This document shows, piece by piece, positions 58,116-64,000 of a stretch of 64,000 nt of DNA. A program made the position numbers and the translations under genes. Position 1 is the stretch's first letter, and each line of letters starts with the position of its first letter. The notes under the pieces are model-generated. The model was not told where the DNA came from. It saw only the letters and a list, made by a program, of their open reading frames with translations, and did not search any database. This DNA comes from Pseudomonadota bacterium (GTDB lineage Bacteria > Pseudomonadota > Alphaproteobacteria > Sphingomonadales > Sphingomonadaceae), in assembly GCA_039815865.1 (NCBI GenBank), contig JBCBYM010000001.1, positions 3,933-67,932 on the forward strand, in the 5' to 3' direction.

Positions 58116-58973
58116 TCAGAAAAACGCCAGCAGCGCCGCTCCCATCGCGACCCGGTAGAGCACGAAGACGAGCATCGAGGCGCGCTTCAGGAAGTTCATG
58201 AGGAACGCCATTGTCAAGAAGGCGGCGATGAAGGTGAGGACACCGGCAATCAGCGCGTCGAGCGCCAGGTCCATGCCCGCCTCGAAGATCTCAGGCACGA
58301 TCAGAACGCCCGCCCCGGCCACCGCCGGGATCGAAAGGAGGAAACTGAAGCGCGCGGCCTCAACCCGCTTATAGCCCAGCGCACGCGCCGCCGTCATCGT
58401 GACGCCCGAACGGCTGGTGCCCGGAATGATCGCCAGCGCCTGCGCCAGACCCACCACCAGGCCGTCGCGCCAGCTCATATCCTCAAACACCTTCTCCTCG
58501 CGCCCCAGCCAGTCCGCCAGGCCCAGAAGGATGCCATAGGTGATGAGGTTGAAGGCGATGAGATCGGTAAAGCGGATCGAGCCCATCAGATCATCATCGA
58601 TGATCTCGATACCAAAGGCGCTTTCTACAAAGCCGTTAAAGACGCCCAGCTTAATCGACAGGCCAAAGGCGACCGCGGGGATGGTGCCGAGTATGATCCA
58701 CCAGAACAGCCGGCGTTCGGCGGGCGCGGCGGGGGCCTTGGCGCCGATCCCGATCGACGCGAAACCGCCGCGCGCGAGGACCAGCACATCCTTGAAGAAG
58801 TAGACAATGATCGCCAGCAGCGAGCCGACATGCACCGCGACATCGATCAGCGGACCCTGGTCTGCAAAACCGGTGAAGAACGAGATCAGGATGAGGTGAC
58901 CCGACGAGGAAATCGGCAGGAATTCGGTGATCCCCTGGACGATAGCGATGATGAGAAGCTGAACGAAGGTCAT
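58116..58973 (-). CDS. uppP: undecaprenyl-diphosphatase
   Basis: VQGITEFLPISSSGH, VHVGSLLA, QALAIIPGTSRSG, ARFSFLLSIP. Confidence 0.95.
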   Translation of the reverse strand: MTFVQLLIIAIVQGITEFLPISSSGHLILISFFTGFADQGPLIDVAVHVGSLLAIIVYFFKDVLVLARGGFASIGIGAKAPAAPAERRLFWWIILGTIPAVAFGLSIKLGVFNGFVESAFGIEIIDDDLMGSIRFTDLIAFNLITYGILLGLADWLGREEKVFEDMSWRDGLVVGLAQALAIIPGTSRSGVTMTAARALGYKRVEAARFSFLLSIPAVAGAGVLIVPEIFEAGMDLALDALIAGVLTFIAAFLTMAFLMNFLKRASMLVFVLYRVAMGAALLAFF

Positions 58974-59017
58974 GGCCCGCGCGCTTTGGCACGCGCGGGC
59001 CCCAAGTCAATCCTTGC

Positions 59018-61237
59018 TCACCAAATACGCACGCGCTCTTCGGGCGGCAGGTACAGCTCGTGCTCTGGCGTAATGCCGAAAGCCTCGTACCATTCATCCA
59101 GGTTGCGCACGACGCCGTTGACGCGGAACTCTTCCGGGCTGTGGCTGTCGGTGCGCAGACGGTTTCGATAGGTCTCCTCGCGCTGCGCCGAGCGCCAGAC
59201 CTGTGCCCAAGCAAGGAAGAAGCGCTGATCGCCCGTCAGGCCGTCGATCACCGGAACCTCTTCGCCCTTGGTCGCGATCTTGTAGGCGCGGTAAGCTAGG
59301 CTCAGCCCGCCCAGATCGCCGATATTCTCGCCCAGGGTCAGGCGGCCATTGACGCAAGTTTCCCCGTCATCGAGCGGGCAGTAGGAATTGTATTGCGCCA
59401 CCAGAGCATCGCCCAGCGTATCAAACGCGGCGCGGTCGGCGTCGGTCCACCAATTGCGAAGCTTGCCGGTCGAATCGTATTTCGAGCCCTGATCGTCAAA
59501 GCCGTGGCCGATCTCATGGCCGATCACGCCGCCGATTGCGCCGTAATTCACCGCCGGATCCGCGCTGATGCCAAAGAAAGGCTGCTGGAGGATCGCCGCG
59601 GGGAAGACGATCTCGTTCTTGGTGGGGTTGTAATAGGCGTTGACCGTCTGAGGAAGCATGAACCACTCGGTCCGGTCGATCGGTTGGCCCAGCTTGGCGA
59701 CACTATCCGCCAGGCTCCAAGCGTCCGCCGCAATCGAGTTTTCCAGCGGGTTATCGCTCACTTCGAGGCCCTCATAGGTCTCAAGGTTCGGACGGTATCC
59801 GATCTTGGGATCAAAGGTCGAAAGCTTTTCGAGAGCCTGTTTCTTGGTTTCCCCGCCCATCCAGTCAATCTCGGCGATGCTATCCGCGACCGCGAGGCGC
59901 AGATTGGCCACCAGCTCGTCCATCGCCGCCTTGTTTTCGGGCGGGAAGTAGCGCTCGACATAAGACTTGCCGAGCAATTCGCCCAGCGCGCCCTGCGTCG
60001 CGCTGATCGCGCGTTTCCAGCGCGGGCGCTGCTCGGGCGTGCCGCGCAGGGTCTGGCCGTAAAACGCAAAGCGCGCTTCATCAAAGCGCGTCGGCAGGAC
60101 CGAGGCGTTGCTGGAGAGGAACGACTTGATTGACCAGGCCTGCCAAGTCGCGAGCGGCACGTCGTTCAGCAGCTCCATCATGCCGGGAAGCCCGGTGCCG
60201 ATCTGCGCCAGCGTGTCCTCGGAAAGGCCCAGCGCTTCGATCTCTTCGTCACTCGGCGGCATCAGGCTGACGACATAGATGGGCGAGGCATCAAGCCCGA
60301 TCTTGGCCAGCATGTCACCCGCCGGAAAATCGCCCGCCATCGCATCAATATCGTCGGCTGAGAGCGCGTTATAGGTAAGGTCGCGGTTGCGACGCACGCT
60401 GCGCGCCCAGCTTACCTCGCGCGCGATGGTCTCTTCCAGCGCATAGACAGCAGCGGTGGCGCCAGCGGGGTCTTCATAGCCCGCCTCGGTGAACAGGAAT
60501 GTGAGGTAGTCGCGATAGGCGGCCTGGATCGCTTGGCCCTTTTCGCTGTCATCGAGGTAGTAGTCCCGGTCGGGCAGGCCAAGCCCGCCGAAGCCGACAT
60601 AGGAGACATAGCGATCAGGCTGCTTGGCATCGACGCTGACAGAGCCGCCCAGCGGACTGGGATAGCCCGGCTCAGCCCAGAGCATGGCGAGCTCTTCCAT
60701 CGACGTCGCGCCAGCCATGGCGTTGATATAGGGTTGGGCAGGCGCCAAGCCGGCTGCGTCAATCGCGTCGGTGTCGAGAAACGCGTTGTGGACCGCGACA
60801 AGGCGCGCCTCGTCCGAATTCAGCGTTGCCGGGTCTTTCTCGACAAGCTCATCCATCAGCGCTTTGACATCGCTGGTCGACTTTTCCCCCAGCAACGTAA
60901 AGGCGCCAAAGCGGCCGAACTCGGACGGGAGCGGGTTCGCATCCAGCCATTCCTGGTTGACGTAGCCGAAAAAGTCATCGCCCGGAGCGATTGCCTTGGA
61001 CAAGAGCATCGGCTCCACGCCCCATTCGCCAAAGCTCATCGTCGGGGTGGAGTTGCTGTCCTCGCCTGCCCCTTCGCTTTCGGCTTCCAGCAGGGTTTCG
61101 ATGTTCTGGGCCGCGGCCTCTTCGCCCAGGTCTGCGCTGTCATGGTCGTGCGGCTCGGCGGCGCTCGGCGCGGTCAGGACAAGCGCTGCGGCAGAGGCCA
61201 TCAGCGCAGCGCTGAGGGTGAGGCGGGTTCGGATCAT
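59018..61237 (-). CDS. M13 (neprilysin-like) metallopeptidase, exported
   Basis: Signal peptide, DFFGYVN.EW, VNAYY, HEIGH, GENIGD, HSP..R.NG. Confidence 0.95.
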   Translation of the reverse strand: MIRTRLTLSAALMASAAALVLTAPSAAEPHDHDSADLGEEAAAQNIETLLEAESEGAGEDSNSTPTMSFGEWGVEPMLLSKAIAPGDDFFGYVNQEWLDANPLPSEFGRFGAFTLLGEKSTSDVKALMDELVEKDPATLNSDEARLVAVHNAFLDTDAIDAAGLAPAQPYINAMAGATSMEELAMLWAEPGYPSPLGGSVSVDAKQPDRYVSYVGFGGLGLPDRDYYLDDSEKGQAIQAAYRDYLTFLFTEAGYEDPAGATAAVYALEETIAREVSWARSVRRNRDLTYNALSADDIDAMAGDFPAGDMLAKIGLDASPIYVVSLMPPSDEEIEALGLSEDTLAQIGTGLPGMMELLNDVPLATWQAWSIKSFLSSNASVLPTRFDEARFAFYGQTLRGTPEQRPRWKRAISATQGALGELLGKSYVERYFPPENKAAMDELVANLRLAVADSIAEIDWMGGETKKQALEKLSTFDPKIGYRPNLETYEGLEVSDNPLENSIAADAWSLADSVAKLGQPIDRTEWFMLPQTVNAYYNPTKNEIVFPAAILQQPFFGISADPAVNYGAIGGVIGHEIGHGFDDQGSKYDSTGKLRNWWTDADRAAFDTLGDALVAQYNSYCPLDDGETCVNGRLTLGENIGDLGGLSLAYRAYKIATKGEEVPVIDGLTGDQRFFLAWAQVWRSAQREETYRNRLRTDSHSPEEFRVNGVVRNLDEWYEAFGITPEHELYLPPEERVRIW

Positions 61238-61362
61238 AGTCAGCAGTCCCTGTCTTTACGTCTTTTGGTGAATCAGTGTTCTAGCGTGACCATTGCATAA
61301 CAGGCGTCATTGGTCCCGCCCCATCAGCCGTTCGCCGAATTTAGCGCGCGTAAAGGAGGCGG

Positions 61363-63264
61363 TTACGCCGCTTCGTTTGCTGCAAATTGCAGCGAGGCAA
61401 GGCGCGCGTAGAGGCCGCCCGCCTTGGCAAGATCCGCGTGGCGGCCTTGCTCCACGATCCGGCCACCGTCCAGAACGATGATCCGATCCGCCGCGCGCAC
61501 GGTCGCCAGCCGGTGCGCGATCACCAGCGTGGTGCGATTGCGCATGAGACCTTCCAGCGCCTGCTGCACCGATTGCTCGCTTTCGGCATCAAGCGCGCTG
61601 GTCGCTTCGTCGAGCAACAGGATCGGCGCATCGCGCAGCAGCGCGCGGGCGATAGCGACGCGCTGTTGCTGGCCGCCGGAAAGCTGCGTGCCCCCCTCGC
61701 CCAGATGCGTGTCGAGGCCCTGGGGCAGATCGATCAGAAACTCCTCGGCGTTGGCGGCGCGCGCGGCGGCCCAGATCTCAGCCTCGCTCGCATCCCACTT
61801 GCCATAACGCAGATTGTCGCGCGCGTTGGCGCTGAACAGCACACCATCCTGAGGCACCAGCGCAAGGCGATCGCGGATGTCGGCGGGGTCCGCCTTGGTC
61901 AGCGGGACGCCGTCCAGCCGGATCGTGCCGCCTTGCGGATCGTAGAAACGCTCAACCAGCTGGAAGATCGTCGACTTGCCCGCGCCCGATGGGCCGACAA
62001 TGGCAACGGTCTCTCCCGGCTCGATCTCAAGGCTGAAATCGGACAGAGCCTCGGTCTCGGGCCGGGCGGGATAACGGAAGGTGACGTTGCGGAACGACAG
62101 GCTGCCGCGCGCGGGCACGGGCAGGCTTTCGGGGCGCGCGGGCGTGTCAATTTCAGGCTCAGCCGCGAGAAGTTCCGCCAGCCGGCTGGCCGCGCCCGCG
62201 CCGCGCAACAGCTCTCCATAAACCTCGGACAGGGCCTGGAACGCGCCCGCGACCAGCGCCGCGCCAAAGATGAAGGCGAGGATCGTGCCACCGGTTATCT
62301 CTCCGGCCGCCACACCCTCAGCCCCGCGCCACAGCAACAGCACAATCGCGCCAAAGATCGCCATGATCAAAAGCGAGGTCATCACCGCGCGCAGGATGAT
62401 CCGTCGCCGCGCGGTTTGGAAGGTGGCGTCCACCGCTTGCGCAAAGCGCGTCGCCTCGCGCCCTTGCTGGTTGAAGCTTTGCACGATCTTCATCGCGCCC
62501 AGCACTTCGGACACCATCGCGCCCACATCGGCGATGCGATCCTGGCTATCGCGCGAGATGACGCGGATGCGCCGCCCAAAGATCGCAATCGGCAACAGCA
62601 CGCCGGGAATGCCAACGATCAGCCACACGGTCAGCTCGGGCAGCAACCAGAACAGGTAGATCGTCCCGCCCACAGCCAGGAAGGTGTTGCGCAGGGCGAT
62701 CGAGACGGTCGTCGCCACAACCGTTTCGATGATCGCGGTGTCCGCTGTCATCCGGCTGGCGATTTCCTTGGGGCTGTTCTCTTCGTAGAAACCGGGCGAA
62801 AGGCGCATCAGATTGCGGTGCACCTTGGTGCGGATATCGGCGACCACGCGCTCCCCGATCCAGCTCACGAAGTAAAACCGCGCCGCGGTGCCCAGCGCGA
62901 TCACGATGACAAGCAGGAAGAGATAGCGGAACCAGCGCGCGATATCGCCCGCGCCTTCGGCCGCGCCGCCAAAGCCGCGATCCACGATCAGCTGCGCGGC
63001 CGGGGCCAGCGCCAGCGTGCCCGCCGCCGTCACCGTGAGCGAGAGGAAGGCGAAGATCACCTCGCGCGGATATTTGCCCGCCTCGCTGTAGATCATTCTG
63101 AGCGGCGCGAGCGTGCGCGGACGCGCGGCTTCGCCCGCCTCTTGCTCAGCGTTTTCGGTGATACCGGTCTCGCCGCTATCGGGCGCGTCACCAGCCGGGC
63201 CCGCTGTGTCAGCGGGCTCCAACGCCGGATCCTGAGCGGAAAATTGGGCAACGTCGCCTGTCAT
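61363..63264 (-). CDS. MsbA-like ABC exporter (fused permease/ATPase)
   Basis: 6-TM domain, GPSGAGKST, LSGGQQQRVAIARA, LDEATSALD, IAHRL. Confidence 0.93.
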   Translation of the reverse strand: MTGDVAQFSAQDPALEPADTAGPAGDAPDSGETGITENAEQEAGEAARPRTLAPLRMIYSEAGKYPREVIFAFLSLTVTAAGTLALAPAAQLIVDRGFGGAAEGAGDIARWFRYLFLLVIVIALGTAARFYFVSWIGERVVADIRTKVHRNLMRLSPGFYEENSPKEIASRMTADTAIIETVVATTVSIALRNTFLAVGGTIYLFWLLPELTVWLIVGIPGVLLPIAIFGRRIRVISRDSQDRIADVGAMVSEVLGAMKIVQSFNQQGREATRFAQAVDATFQTARRRIILRAVMTSLLIMAIFGAIVLLLWRGAEGVAAGEITGGTILAFIFGAALVAGAFQALSEVYGELLRGAGAASRLAELLAAEPEIDTPARPESLPVPARGSLSFRNVTFRYPARPETEALSDFSLEIEPGETVAIVGPSGAGKSTIFQLVERFYDPQGGTIRLDGVPLTKADPADIRDRLALVPQDGVLFSANARDNLRYGKWDASEAEIWAAARAANAEEFLIDLPQGLDTHLGEGGTQLSGGQQQRVAIARALLRDAPILLLDEATSALDAESEQSVQQALEGLMRNRTTLVIAHRLATVRAADRIIVLDGGRIVEQGRHADLAKAGGLYARLASLQFAANEAA

Positions 63265-63348
63265 ACAGCCTCTGATCTAGGCCGGTTCCGCGCCAATTTC
63301 ACGTGCAAAAAGCGCATAATTTTCATGACACCCCGGATTACGACCGAA

Positions 63349-63365
63349 ATTGTGCATTGCACAAT
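63349..63365. promoter_or_regulatory. inverted repeat ATTGTGCA-T-TGCACAAT, PhaR-like operator candidate
   Basis: Perfect 8-bp arms containing TGC-N3-GCA, about 180 bp upstream of phaZ. Confidence 0.55.
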
Positions 63366-63545
63366 CGCGTCCGAGCGGCCATCTAGCCCCTCACAAACGG
63401 CTTGGTAACGGGCCTTGTGTAAACTGCGCTGGCGCCCCCGGGATCTGCGCCTCGCATCTGCGCTAAGCCGTCCCTTGAGAAGCGGCGCGCGCGGCAACAC
63501 GGGCCTCGCTTATTGGCGGGGCTTTGGACAAAGGGAACGCAGCCC

Positions 63546-64000
63546 ATGCTCTACCAAGCCTATGAATTGCAGCGCAGCTGGATGAACAGCGTGAGCGCGG
63601 TCGCCTCGCTCAGTTCCGAGTTTTTGAGCAATCCCGCCAACCCGATGGGTTCCATGGGCTTCGGGCCGGTGGCCGCCAACGCGCTTGACGTGCTCGCGCA
63701 CGCCACCGCCGCCTATGGCAAGCCCGCCTTCGGCATCACCGAGGTTGAAGTGGACGGCAAGGTCCACATGGTCGAGGAAGCGACCGTCGCCACCAAGCCG
63801 TTTGGCGACCTCAAGCGCTTTCGCCACACCGGCCTTCCCGAAACCTCGCCGCGTCTGCTGATCGTTGCGCCGATGAGCGGGCACTACGCGACGCTGCTGC
63901 GCGGCACGGTGGAGCGGATGCTGCAAAGCTGCATCGTCTACATCACCGACTGGGCCGATGCGAAAATGGTGCCGGTGCACGAAGGCAGCTTCGATCTCGA
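63546..64000 (+). CDS. phaZ: intracellular polyhydroxyalkanoate depolymerase (3' truncated)
   Basis: MLYQAYELQR..., YGKPAFGI, KPFGDL, LLIVAPMSGHYATLLRGTV, YITDWADA. Not in the ORF track because there is no stop inside the window. Confidence 0.92.
   Translation, partial: MLYQAYELQRSWMNSVSAVASLSSEFLSNPANPMGSMGFGPVAANALDVLAHATAAYGKPAFGITEVEVDGKVHMVEEATVATKPFGDLKRFRHTGLPETSPRLLIVAPMSGHYATLLRGTVERMLQSCIVYITDWADAKMVPVHEGSFDL

Noticed and set aside
1-64000. Mobile elements, prophage, defence systems, tRNA/rRNA
   Set aside because: No transposase, integrase, phage or defence motifs were seen, no tRNA or rRNA patterns, and no extended low-GC island; only short AT-rich promoter regions.

Overview
GC-rich alphaproteobacterial chromosome segment. 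Gene content and order (lgt-MidA, glnD, yggS/ftsK, rpmG-lolA-xth-ribA, TonB receptors, phaZ) suggest Sphingomonadales, probably Erythrobacteraceae (inference). It holds about 55 CDS, mostly core or housekeeping genes. I found no tRNA, rRNA, IS element, prophage or CRISPR array. The main unusual items are: (1) a MidA/NDUFAF7-type methyltransferase with a ~480-aa repetitive N-terminal arm and a probable ACG start fused to the lgt stop (TAACG); (2) an ACAD + mesaconyl-CoA-transferase-like + thiolase + double-hotdog hydratase operon with no lyase beside it; (3) a 41-aa membrane ORF missing from the ORF track, overlapping both neighbours; (4) a candidate sRNA after lolA and structured RNA elements on both sides of an EF-hand/two-component module; (5) readable regulatory sites: a LexA box at a glyoxalase gene, a PHO box at tandem pstS, an EcfG promoter at a GlsB/YeaQ gene, a PhaR-like palindrome at phaZ, and an operator for an SPFH-RHH operon. 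All calls come from motif reading by eye; no database searches were run.
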